From a virus, in the IMG/VR virus record IMGVR_UViG_3300022752_000036, positions 1 to 64,000 of that record: a stretch of 64,000 bases of DNA. One strand, written 5' to 3'. Under the pieces are notes generated by a model. It searched no databases, was not told the origin of the DNA, and saw nothing but the letters and a program-made list of their open reading frames with translations. Of the stretch, positions 26,883 to 36,108 are shown piece by piece. Made by a program: the position numbers and the translations under genes. The stretch's first letter is position 1; each line of letters starts with the position of its first letter.

Positions 26883-29800
26883 TTTATTTCCTTTATCATT
26901 AGGGTTCCATCATCCAACTTGGACAAAACTGCCCTACAATTCATACCCTCTCGCATTTTTGCAAGGGACATCTTATACATGCTTGGGAAAGCAATTGCAC
27001 GTGTAAGATCTTTATCTTTATTTGACAGAATAATATGGCTCATAGTTTTGCCAGCTTTTGTCACATAAGGAGTAAAGTTTACCACAAAGTACTCGTCTTC
27101 CGCAAGGTCATATTGCTTTCTATATAAATAATCTACAAATATATCTTTTGAGTTTGGGTCTACATCAGATACTTTTATATACCTAGCAATTCTATTATCG
27201 CCTACTAAAACAAAATACATTTGTCCTGTTTCTATTTGCGTTTGCTCATTATGGAAAAGACCTATTGATCCTGTTTCATCTACAAGCTCTACTCTTGCCC
27301 AGCCATTTCCTCTTTTAATTGATTTAACCATTCCAAACATTACAAAAGATCCTAGGTCATCAAACTCCTCAATTGGTCTGGCCTGAGCTTTAATTCTTGG
27401 GGGAATGCCTTCCAAATTAAATGTAGGTATGCCTAAATACTCATAATAATTATCTTTTTCATTACCAGTTCTTTTGTTATCATCAAATGCGGCTCCTCCA
27501 ATTGCATTCAATGCTGATACTGCTCTGCTATTAATTCCGCTACCTTTTTTAGAAGCCTTATCTATAAAGTCTGAATAATTTTTAAATGGTCTTAGAGCAA
27601 GTATTTTATTTGCAATGCTATCAGATATAAACTTAATCTCTGCCAATCCAAAAACAATTCTATCGTCTTTTAAAGAAAAATATAAGTCAGATTCATTTAT
27701 GTGTGGCAAAGATACACGCAGACCTAATCTTTTTGCTTCGATTAAATATTCTGTCCTGGCGTCTTTATCATTTTCGTTTTTAAGAATTGAAAACATAAAC
27801 TCAAGAGGATAATACTTCTTAAGCCAAGCAGTATAATAAGATAAAAGGGAGTAAGCAACAGCATGACTACGATTAAAGGAATAGCCAGCATGAGCCTCAA
27901 ACATGTGCCATAGCATCTCTGCTTGTTTCTTAGAAATGTGCTTTGAAGCCCCATCAATAAATTTATCTTTGAACTGGTCGAATTCTTTTGCATCTTTCTT
28001 TTTACCAATGATCTTGCGAACTTTATCAGCCTCAGACCAAGTCATTCCTCCTAAGTGTACGCAGGCTTGCATGACCTGCTCTTGATATATAATAACACCA
28101 TATGTATTTTCAGTAAAGGGACGCATAATGGGATGGATATATTGAACTGCTTCTTCTCCGTGCTTTCTCTTAATATACGAAGCACCTACAGTATTCATAG
28201 CTCCTGGGCGAACCAATGCGTTTGATGCTGCTAGATCTTCAAACTTATCTACTCCCATTTTAATTAATAGATTTGTATATGGTGTTGCTTCAGCCTGAAA
28301 TATTCCTTTTGTATATCCATCACTTAATGTTTTATATACAGAATCGTCATCTAGTTTTAATGCAGATAGATCTATATCCTTACCAGTCCTTTGTTTAATT
28401 GACTTTAATGTATCAGATATAACAGATAAAGTTTTTAGTCCAAGTGCGTCTAGCTTTATAAGACCTATATCTGCAACTGTATCCATGTCATAAGCAACAA
28501 CTGGAATACGGCCAGAAACTTTGTCCTGTGCATCTTCACGGGATTCTATTGGAGCATACTTTCTAATATCATCTTTAGCTACTACAACTCCTGCAGCATG
28601 TACGCCAACAGATCTAATTCGACCTCTAAGTCTTTCTGCAAGCCATGTTACTTCTGGATACTTCATTCTAAATTCTTTTGTGTTAGGAGACTCAAGATAA
28701 TCTTCAAATGTATCAACTTGTTTTAAAGCACGATTAACGTCAGACAAGGGAACCATAAATACACGAGCAGCATCACGAATAACACCTTTATCTTTAAAAT
28801 ATGTAAATGTAGAAATAGATGCAACATGTTTAAATTTCTTTTTTAAATAGTCCTTAACTTCTTTGCGACGACGGTCTTCAAAGTCCGTGTCAATATCAGG
28901 GAAGTCATTACGCTCAGGATTGATAAAACGGAAGAACAATAGGTCATATTTAATTGGATCTACGTCTGTGATACCTAGGGCATAGCAAACTAAAGATCCT
29001 GCTGCAGAACCACGGCCTGGACCAACCATTATTCCCTCATTCTTAGCCCAGTTAATCATGTCTGCTACGACCAGGAAGTAACTAGCAAAGTTTTTAGACT
29101 TGATGACTGCTAACTCTTCCTCTAAACGAGCCCTATAAGCCTCATCAGAAGCCTTCTGAAGCCTCTCTAAGCCCTTTTCAGCAAGCTCTTGTAGTCTCTT
29201 ATCGGCATCGGTTTTAGGAACTGGCAAAAGGTCTAAGCCTTGATTAAAGTCATATTCTTCTACCTTATTTGAAATTTCAATTGTATTTTCAAATATATCA
29301 GTTCTATTTATGCCAGCCTTTTTAAAGTCAGCCTCAATTTCTTCACGGCTTTGAATAAATAAATTATAATTTTGAAATGATATCTTTCTATCTGGATATA
29401 GATAATTTAATCTTTCTCCAATATCTTTGATGTTTCTAGACATATCGACGTCTGCATCTTTATCCATTTTAGGGGATGTTGATAAAATAAGCATAGCTTC
29501 TTCTAGAACTCTATCCTCTTCATTAGCAAAATGAGCATCGCCAGTAGCCACTGCTTTAATCTTTAATTCATCTGCTAATTCTAACAGCTTTTCATTTATT
29601 TCTTTTGGATTGTGAGATTGGACCTCAACGTAAAAGTCTTTGCCAAAAGTTTTAGCAAAATCTTTGAGTATAAGTTTTGCTTCTGAGAACTCCTGTTTTT
29701 CAATAGCCTTACTGACAATACCATTAAGGCATCCACTAAGTACAATAATGCCTTCCGCATATTCTTTTAATATCTCTCTATCAATACGTGGCTTGTGATA

Positions 29801-30148
29801 AAAGCCTTCGTTCCATGCCAGCTCTTGTAGTGCATGAATATTGTCTAGTCCTTTTTTATTTTTTGCAAGCAAGATTATATGATTATATGCTTGAATTGAT
29901 TTATCTGTTTTTGAAGATCTATCAAATCTATCTGTAGGAGATAGATATGCCTCTACTCCAAGTATAGGCTTGATTCCAATTTCTTTACATGCAATCTGCA
30001 TTTCTCTATGTGAAGATAATGTGCCATGATCTGTTATGGCTATTGCTGATTGCCCAGCATCTTTTGCTGCTTGTACAAGTTCGGCAGGAGAGTTAAGTCC
30101 ATCCATTAGAGAATAATATGAATGCACATGAAGATGTGTGAATGACAT
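26879..30148 (-). CDS. dnaE: DNA polymerase III alpha subunit (family C)
   Basis: PHP HLHVHS/TDHG, GPGRGSAAGS, PDIDTD, HAAG, FNRSHA; OB fold; no intein. Confidence 0.97.
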   Translation of the reverse strand: MSFTHLHVHSYYSLMDGLNSPAELVQAAKDAGQSAIAITDHGTLSSHREMQIACKEIGIKPILGVEAYLSPTDRFDRSSKTDKSIQAYNHIILLAKNKKGLDNIHALQELAWNEGFYHKPRIDREILKEYAEGIIVLSGCLNGIVSKAIEKQEFSEAKLILKDFAKTFGKDFYVEVQSHNPKEINEKLLELADELKIKAVATGDAHFANEEDRVLEEAMLILSTSPKMDKDADVDMSRNIKDIGERLNYLYPDRKISFQNYNLFIQSREEIEADFKKAGINRTDIFENTIEISNKVEEYDFNQGLDLLPVPKTDADKRLQELAEKGLERLQKASDEAYRARLEEELAVIKSKNFASYFLVVADMINWAKNEGIMVGPGRGSAAGSLVCYALGITDVDPIKYDLLFFRFINPERNDFPDIDTDFEDRRRKEVKDYLKKKFKHVASISTFTYFKDKGVIRDAARVFMVPLSDVNRALKQVDTFEDYLESPNTKEFRMKYPEVTWLAERLRGRIRSVGVHAAGVVVAKDDIRKYAPIESREDAQDKVSGRIPVVAYDMDTVADIGLIKLDALGLKTLSVISDTLKSIKQRTGKDIDLSALKLDDDSVYKTLSDGYTKGIFQAEATPYTNLLIKMGVDKFEDLAASNALVRPGAMNTVGASYIKRKHGEEAVQYIHPIMRPFTENTYGVIIYQEQVMQACVHLGGMTWSEADKVRKIIGKKKDAKEFDQFKDKFIDGASKHISKKQAEMLWHMFEAHAGYSFNRSHAVAYSLLSYYTAWLKKYYPLEFMFSILKNENDKDARTEYLIEAKRLGLRVSLPHINESDLYFSLKDDRIVFGLAEIKFISDSIANKILALRPFKNYSDFIDKASKKGSGINSRAVSALNAIGGAAFDDNKRTGNEKDNYYEYLGIPTFNLEGIPPRIKAQARPIEEFDDLGSFVMFGMVKSIKRGNGWARVELVDETGSIGLFHNEQTQIETGQMYFVLVGDNRIARYIKVSDVDPNSKDIFVDYLYRKQYDLAEDEYFVVNFTPYVTKAGKTMSHIILSNKDKDLTRAIAFPSMYKMSLAKMREGMNCRAVLSKLDDGTLMIKEIK

Positions 30149-30168
30149 TAACTCTCCGCCTCTACTTT

Positions 30169-30840
30169 TTACCAGTCTACGCTGCTGCTAGATGCAGTAG
30201 TTTCGTCTGATTGTCCGCCTTCGCCCATGTAAAAGGCTTCTTGTTCTGCATATGGTACATGTCGCACTGCAGTTTTTTCTAGGTCATACAATTCTAGCGA
30301 AGAGAAATCAAATGGGGTCTCATCTTTTGCTAAAGGGATAATTGTATAACTTGTGTCAGTTTTAGAACCATTACGCTTGATTCTCCACATCAAGTTTGTA
30401 ATGCTTCCCATTTCGCCAGCGTACTCAATTAAGGTAGGTGTAATTGTTTTTCCGCTTGTGCCTTGTGATAGGATTGCAACATAAGGGTCATTCTTGCCAT
30501 CATCAACTAATACGTTGATATAAAGGCGTGTTCTTGCTTTCCAGCCAGCCTTTGGATCCTTGCGATGTTGTTCGTGTGCCCAGTCACGTCCTTCGGTCTC
30601 CATTGTATCTAGAGCCTTGCGACGATAGTCTTTTGGGTTAGTATGCTCTAATGCGATAAAACCGCAACCAAGCTTGTCATTATAATTTGGTGAATCTGGA
30701 TCAAGCTCTTGTAGAAACCTAATCTTTACGCTTTCGCCGTCTTCAATCTTAAGCCAGCGTCCTTTGTTTTCTTCTCCGCCTGAATATACAGGCTTGTCTA
30801 GTGCTTTATTTAGGTCTTTTAGACCTTTTACTATACTCAT
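30169..30840 (-). CDS. single-stranded DNA-binding protein (gp32-like, putative)
   Basis: Between primase and polymerase; acidic tail ending VDW; own promoter and leader hairpin. Confidence 0.7.
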   Translation of the reverse strand: MSIVKGLKDLNKALDKPVYSGGEENKGRWLKIEDGESVKIRFLQELDPDSPNYNDKLGCGFIALEHTNPKDYRRKALDTMETEGRDWAHEQHRKDPKAGWKARTRLYINVLVDDGKNDPYVAILSQGTSGKTITPTLIEYAGEMGSITNLMWRIKRNGSKTDTSYTIIPLAKDETPFDFSSLELYDLEKTAVRHVPYAEQEAFYMGEGGQSDETTASSSSVDW

Positions 30841-30890
30841 TTATTTCTCCTTTATAGTGACGGTATAGATCCGTCTGTTCTTTCATTATA

Positions 30891-31889
30891 TCATGAGTTC
30901 CAGGATCTGTATTCAATATCGGATACAGAATTCTTTATGCAAGCTTTTATTTCTTCATCAGTCATATCGCCTGCATCTTTTGCTTGATGAGGGTATATCT
31001 TACCATATTCATAAGAAGCCCACAAGATGTCTTTAAATCTTAATCTTTCAGTAATACTTTTACCTAATTCTCTACCTGCTTGGTCAGCATCTGTCATAAT
31101 AATAATTTTATTAAAATGTCTATTTAATAAGTTTTGCTGATCTACAGATAAGAATCCTCCTAATGTAGCAACAACATTTGGGAATCCTGCTTGATGAATT
31201 CTAATTGCATCAAAGTTTGACTCAACAATTATTACTTGATCCCCAATTCTTTTTGCTCTATGTATATTAAATAAAGTTTTACTTTTTGCAAGATTTGTAC
31301 TATTTTTAAATGATTTACCTTCAATAGATCTTCCCACTAATCCTATAGGCAATCCATCGGGACTATGAACTGGCGTGATAACCATGTTCATATTACTAGA
31401 ATATCCAAGCTTAAAGTATTCAATAGACTCTTGATTAATTCCTCTTGAATTTAAATATTCAATAGCTTGATTACTTGATTGAATTTCTTTATAAAGCTTA
31501 TCAAGGATTTCTTGTGAGAATTCTTCAAACTCTGGTTTTTCTTCAAATAGATTAGACATAATGTCGTCAAAGTTATTTAATACTTCTGTTTCCTGTGCTG
31601 ATATAAACCTCATTGCTTCAAAGTCATTTTTATGGAGCACTCTTCTAACCAGCTCAATTAATGTGCCAGACTCTCCACAAGAAGGATTAAAACAAAGCCA
31701 AGCGCCTGTACTTTTATTAATACAGCATGAAGCAGTATGCCTATTAGAATGAAATGGGCAGTAGAACATAACCTCATTACCTGGTTCCGCCGTTATATCA
31801 AGACCTAAGCCTTTTATTATTGACTTGATATGGTTGGGCGCATACTGCGTGGAATCAACTTTCCTTGCGTTATACCCTCTGACTGCCAT
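30891..31889 (-). CDS. dnaG: DNA primase (CHC2 zinc finger + Toprim)
   Basis: CPFH...CFNPSC; IVES.FDA; DADQAG; KDAGD; start uncertain. Confidence 0.9.
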   Translation of the reverse strand: MAVRGYNARKVDSTQYAPNHIKSIIKGLGLDITAEPGNEVMFYCPFHSNRHTASCCINKSTGAWLCFNPSCGESGTLIELVRRVLHKNDFEAMRFISAQETEVLNNFDDIMSNLFEEKPEFEEFSQEILDKLYKEIQSSNQAIEYLNSRGINQESIEYFKLGYSSNMNMVITPVHSPDGLPIGLVGRSIEGKSFKNSTNLAKSKTLFNIHRAKRIGDQVIIVESNFDAIRIHQAGFPNVVATLGGFLSVDQQNLLNRHFNKIIIMTDADQAGRELGKSITERLRFKDILWASYEYGKIYPHQAKDAGDMTDEEIKACIKNSVSDIEYRSWNS

Positions 31890-32116
31890 GCCTTTTTCTT
31901 TCCTACATATACTCCGTAAAGTGTCATTAAGAACACCCACGTTTGTCCATCAAATTCTACCGAAAAGTTAGTGTCTATGTCAAGAACCCTTGCATATCCC
32001 TTGCCTCTCATATCGTGAGTAAGCAAGCTTTCATACTGATATTTTAATCTTGGGATTCCTGCATCATCATCAAACTCAACTCTTACTTGAAATCTTTTGA
32101 TCTGTTTGTGATTCAT
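31817..32116 (-). CDS. hypothetical protein
   Basis: ORF track. Confidence 0.55.
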   Translation of the reverse strand: MNHKQIKRFQVRVEFDDDAGIPRLKYQYESLLTHDMRGKGYARVLDIDTNFSVEFDGQTWVFLMTLYGVYVGKKKAWQSEGITQGKLIPRSMRPTISSQ

Positions 32117-33341
32117 TTTGGAATGGATTCTCGTAAATTTCTTTTACAATGCCTCGATTAATATCCCAATCTAAATAGAAATTAAAATCATGACCATGTC
32201 TATTTTTTCTAGAAACAATCTCAATCATATTTGTTTGTGGATATCTATGAACAGCTAACGCCATGTCAGCATCGTATTCGATAGCCTTTGACCAAGCCAC
32301 TTGGCTCATCATTGGCGGATTATCTTGGTCCGATATATCGTCTGCCGTTGCAGCGGTGATATCGATAATCGGAATATTATTAGATACAGCAAGCATTTTA
32401 AATTCACGAGAAACATTTCTATTTCTTTCAACTTCAGAATTGCTACGCTTGTTATCATTAAACAACTGATGATAATCTAAAATTACTAGATCAGGTTTAT
32501 GCTGATCTATCTTTCCTTGTATTGTTGCAGGAGTTACTTCAGAATTACCTTCATTAGAAACTAATATAAAACTATTTTTTCCTTCAAACTTTTTGCTTCC
32601 CCAAGACCTAAAATCATCAATACTAATATCTCCCTTTGACAAATCGCTTGCACGAAATATTCCAGAGCCGAGCATTGTAAATATACGGTCACGCATATTT
32701 TCTGGAGACATTTCAAGAGATACAATCATTGGCTTAAATCCTTGCTCCCATGCCTTGCATGCTAAATAAGCTGTGAACCAAGTCTTACCTTTTCCTGGCC
32801 AACCAATAGCAACAATTAAATGTCCTGGTGCCATACCTGTAGGGTATGCTTTATCAATAGCAGAAAATCCAGTAAGGATTCCTGGGGCTCCGCCCATCAT
32901 TGCAGATCTATCTTTTACAGACTGATAATGCCTTGCAGCATTTTCAACATCAATAATGTCTAAGTCTCTTACGTTATTTGTATATCTGCTTAGATTTGCT
33001 AGGTCGCTTTGCATCTGTGCAAGCACTCTTGAGGCAGCATCTTCTTTTAATGCAGAACCTCCACGAATAATAATAGACTTTAGTTTTGCAGATATAAATT
33101 CATTTTTTAGTTGGTCTAAATAATATCCTGTTTCTGCTTTAACATCTGTAGGTTCAAAGTCCTTATGTCGTTCTACTAAAACACCAGCCTCTGGAACTGC
33201 TTTGAACTTATAGTAATAGGTCTTTAGACTTTCCCAAATATCTCTATGTGATGTAAATAGTTCATCTACATTGTCGGCAAGTAGTGTGCTTATATCTTTA
33301 TTTTTACATACAGCAGATATAACCGTTGCTTCTATATTCAC
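32076..33341 (-). CDS. dnaB: DnaB-like replicative helicase
   Basis: GWPGKGKT, SLEMS, ILDYHQL, IEYDAD, KNRHG. Confidence 0.93.
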   Translation of the reverse strand: MNIEATVISAVCKNKDISTLLADNVDELFTSHRDIWESLKTYYYKFKAVPEAGVLVERHKDFEPTDVKAETGYYLDQLKNEFISAKLKSIIIRGGSALKEDAASRVLAQMQSDLANLSRYTNNVRDLDIIDVENAARHYQSVKDRSAMMGGAPGILTGFSAIDKAYPTGMAPGHLIVAIGWPGKGKTWFTAYLACKAWEQGFKPMIVSLEMSPENMRDRIFTMLGSGIFRASDLSKGDISIDDFRSWGSKKFEGKNSFILVSNEGNSEVTPATIQGKIDQHKPDLVILDYHQLFNDNKRSNSEVERNRNVSREFKMLAVSNNIPIIDITAATADDISDQDNPPMMSQVAWSKAIEYDADMALAVHRYPQTNMIEIVSRKNRHGHDFNFYLDWDINRGIVKEIYENPFQNESQTDQKISSKS

Positions 33342-33655
33342 TCTTCGCCCTCAACCATTCTTCTTGTTTGATCCAGCAGTATGCTGCGATTAATCTTGTC
33401 TTTTTCAATCTCTTTGTACAATACATCTATCCTATCAAAATTATTATAGAAAAAGTTTAAAGGATGTCCTAGTTTATTAGTAGAGAAATAATAAACAAGC
33501 AACTCCTTAGCTCGATCATATCCTACACTATCTATGACATCTTGCATAGCCCACTTCTCACGAAACTTATTTATACGTGGTTTTTTATCATACTTTTCTT
33601 TGTATAAATTCTCGTATACCCCGATAAGTATGTAGGGAGCTCTCTCATTTGCCAC
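33338..33655 (-). CDS. hypothetical protein (helicase-adjacent)
   Basis: ORF track. Confidence 0.55.
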   Translation of the reverse strand: MANERAPYILIGVYENLYKEKYDKKPRINKFREKWAMQDVIDSVGYDRAKELLVYYFSTNKLGHPLNFFYNNFDRIDVLYKEIEKDKINRSILLDQTRRMVEGEE

Positions 33656-33848
33656 GTTTTAGCTCTTCCTCCACCTCTCGTGTTTTCTGCACAAGTTTAT
33701 TTTCTACAAACTTATATACACGCTCTGTTGCGGAATCAACATTTTCTCCAGCCCTGACGTCATCTTCTACGCCAATGCCAATTTTAATACTTTCATAATT
33801 GCCAAGGTTTCTAGTAAAAGACAAATCAACCTTTACCTTTGTTGTCAC
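33645..33848 (-). CDS. hypothetical protein
   Basis: T.NLGNYES.KI motif typical of small phage proteins. Confidence 0.6.
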   Translation of the reverse strand: MTTKVKVDLSFTRNLGNYESIKIGIGVEDDVRAGENVDSATERVYKFVENKLVQKTREVEEELKRGK

Positions 33849-33954
33849 TTATGCTCCGCCTTTCTATGTCTTGATAGTGCATCGTGTCCAAATATACCCC
33901 AACGCAATTCTATTTCTTTACTGCATATATCGCATACAACTACTCTGCTAGCCA

Positions 33955-34437
33955 TTATTCCGCCTTCCATACTGGTACAAAACCGTTATCGGTCTTAGTA
34001 TACAATATAATGTTGTGTTTGAAAAGACCTAATAATTCTGCCCTAGAAGGTATATTGTTTGAATGTCCAGCATCTAATATATATTGGTGGATGTCCAATA
34101 TGTCCGATTCGCTAAACAAATATTTAGACCAATTTTTATTATCTGGATTACTAATTGAATATATCTTTTTAGGCTGGCGCACCTTACCCTCAAGAATATA
34201 ATCTTCAATTGTAATCCTATGTTTGTTTAACATAGAAGAAACTTCAGATATAGAATATGCTTTTGACATATTTTTTTCAACTTGAGAATATGAATACAAA
34301 ACTCTTTTTTTGCTTTCATAGTGCCAGGCAATAACTTCGTCCTTAGACCTTGATGCCTTAAGAACTTTATGTATTTGATCGTTTAAGAAGAAATACCGTA
34401 GTTCTTTGAGTTTTGATTTTCTACGTTTTCTAGCCAT
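33955..34437 (-). CDS. MerR/excisionase-like HTH DNA-binding protein
   Basis: YSISEVSSMLNKHRITIEDYILEG...FSESDI. Confidence 0.7.
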   Translation of the reverse strand: MARKRRKSKLKELRYFFLNDQIHKVLKASRSKDEVIAWHYESKKRVLYSYSQVEKNMSKAYSISEVSSMLNKHRITIEDYILEGKVRQPKKIYSISNPDNKNWSKYLFSESDILDIHQYILDAGHSNNIPSRAELLGLFKHNIILYTKTDNGFVPVWKAE

Positions 34438-34571
34438 CTGCCGAAAGCACTCGTTTCTTTATTAATCATATTTCTTTTGCCACATAATATGCAAAACAAC
34501 TCAACATGTAGTTTTTGAGAAAAAACTCTATCAACAAAAACTCTTCCATTACATTTACCGCAAGTCATCAT
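34383..34571 (-). CDS. small zinc-ribbon protein
   Basis: CGKC...CILCG. Confidence 0.6.
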   Translation of the reverse strand: MMTCGKCNGRVFVDRVFSQKLHVELFCILCGKRNMINKETSAFGRWLENVENQNSKNYGISS

Positions 34572-35371
34572 AGCTTAAACAACTTCCCATCTACCACACA
34601 AGAATAATCTGGTGATACGTGGATCATCTGAATGTGTGGATATTCTCCATTTTCAATATGAGCAATAGCAAAACCTTTTTGCCAGTCGTGATGCTGAGTA
34701 TACTTCATTCCTGGACCCTTTTCATCACACATATGTCCAATCTCGTAACCTCTTAATGTTTCGCCATTACCATTGTTTCTTAGCTCATAAGTTACCATGT
34801 GTGAAGCAATTCTATGGGAGTGCCCACGAATTAGAGATACCTGCATATCTTCCATATCTTTTCTAACAGATCCTGTGGCAGAAATTGAAATTCCATGATG
34901 TACATGTATATCTCCAAATCTACGCTTAGGCAAAGAATCATAGAATATATATTCATAACCTAGAGAATCGAGAGACCAAAGAGCTTCTGGTGTTACCTCG
35001 TTAATATAATCTGGCAACTTAGAATCTACATAGTTAAAGATTCTTACATCGTGATTACCTAAAGCTGAAAAAAGTTGAGCGTCTGGAAGCATATCTCTTG
35101 TTTTAGCATAGAAGTCTCTTGCTCCTTTTGCCTCATGACGCATTGTTGGAACAATTAAATCTTTGCTATCTGTTTTGTGAAGATTTAAAAATTCTGCTGA
35201 TCTGCCTTCTGTATACTTACTATAGCATGCCTGATCATCAGTATCTCCAAGATAGTCTACAACATCTGGCTTAAACCATTTCATTACTTTAAACCATAGT
35301 TCAATCATCTTGTCATCTTGATATGGAAATTGCTGATCAGATGATAGCATCCATTTTAAATCGTTTGTCAT
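34568..35371 (-). CDS. calcineurin-like metallophosphoesterase
   Basis: SDQQ, LGD..D, GNHD, HHG, GHSHR; start re-assigned to MTNDLKW. Confidence 0.88.
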   Translation of the reverse strand: MTNDLKWMLSSDQQFPYQDDKMIELWFKVMKWFKPDVVDYLGDTDDQACYSKYTEGRSAEFLNLHKTDSKDLIVPTMRHEAKGARDFYAKTRDMLPDAQLFSALGNHDVRIFNYVDSKLPDYINEVTPEALWSLDSLGYEYIFYDSLPKRRFGDIHVHHGISISATGSVRKDMEDMQVSLIRGHSHRIASHMVTYELRNNGNGETLRGYEIGHMCDEKGPGMKYTQHHDWQKGFAIAHIENGEYPHIQMIHVSPDYSCVVDGKLFKL

Positions 35372-35388
35372 TAAATACCTTAATACGT

Positions 35389-35412
35389 AAAAAGTCGCAG
35401 GCATGCGACTTT
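35389..35412 (-). terminator. intrinsic terminator hairpin in leader of replication operon
   Basis: AAAGTCGCA-TGCC-TGCGACTTT followed by T-run on minus strand. Confidence 0.65.
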
Positions 35413-35451
35413 ATGTTACAGTAATTGTAACATAATGTTTTAGATTGTCAA
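35411..35451 (-). promoter_or_regulatory. replication-operon promoter with palindromic operator
   Basis: TTGACA (35446-35451), TGtTACAAT (-10 at 35424-35429); perfect TTATGTTACA-N5-TGTAACATAA. Confidence 0.75.
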
Positions 35452-35454
35452 TAT

Positions 35455-35916
35455 CTACTCTGTTAAACTTGCAGTATTTCCTGAAGCAGTCCAATGAATT
35501 TTAGCTGTTGTAATAGACTTAGTTCCTTTTGGAGCTCTACATATTATACTAAACTTATCTTTACTTGCATTAATAATATATGGAGTATATAGTGCACTTG
35601 CATCTGCTGATGCTGCATATTCAATAGTAACATTAATTGATGGTGTTTCAATAAATCCTATTGTAGGAAAGTTTACTGGAAAAGGCTTCATGTCTGTCTT
35701 TAAAGTTTTACCCGCAAAAATTCCACCAATTGTTGTATTAAATCCTTTTACCTCAATTACTTTACCACCATTAATTGTTGTACTTTCAATTTTAACTGGA
35801 GTAACGGTTTCGCCTTTAGCAATAATATTAATATTCTCAACTATCTTACGTAAGACGTCGGCTGTTACTGGATCCCCGTCTCCTATAGTTACTGGTGTTA
35901 GATTATTAAATGCCAT
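35455..35916 (-). CDS. minor tail/lectin-like protein
   Basis: End of tail operon; F.ETPSI.VT...IHWTASG C-terminal pattern of phage tail beta domains. Confidence 0.55.
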   Translation of the reverse strand: MAFNNLTPVTIGDGDPVTADVLRKIVENINIIAKGETVTPVKIESTTINGGKVIEVKGFNTTIGGIFAGKTLKTDMKPFPVNFPTIGFIETPSINVTIEYAASADASALYTPYIINASKDKFSIICRAPKGTKSITTAKIHWTASGNTASLTE

Positions 35917-35918
35917 AT

Positions 35919-36078
35919 TTACTCCTCAGTATTTTTAGACTTTTCCATTTCTTCTATTTTATCCGATAGCTGCGTAATTTCAGCACGAAGAATTGCCACG
36001 GTTGTCTCATATTGTGAGACAAGATCTCCAATTCTTTGTTGAAGAGCATTTACAACTAATTCAATTTTTTCTGCCATT
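35919..36078 (-). CDS. small coiled-coil protein (likely start MAEKIEL)
   Basis: SD AAGGAG before ATG; extended -10 upstream. Confidence 0.5.
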
Positions 36079-36108
36079 TTATCTCCTTGATAGATAAACA
36101 GTATACCA

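Noticed and set aside
19566-33341. Inteins or introns in terminase, RecA, DnaE or DnaB
   Set aside because: ORFs are of normal length and continuous, with no splicing motifs seen.
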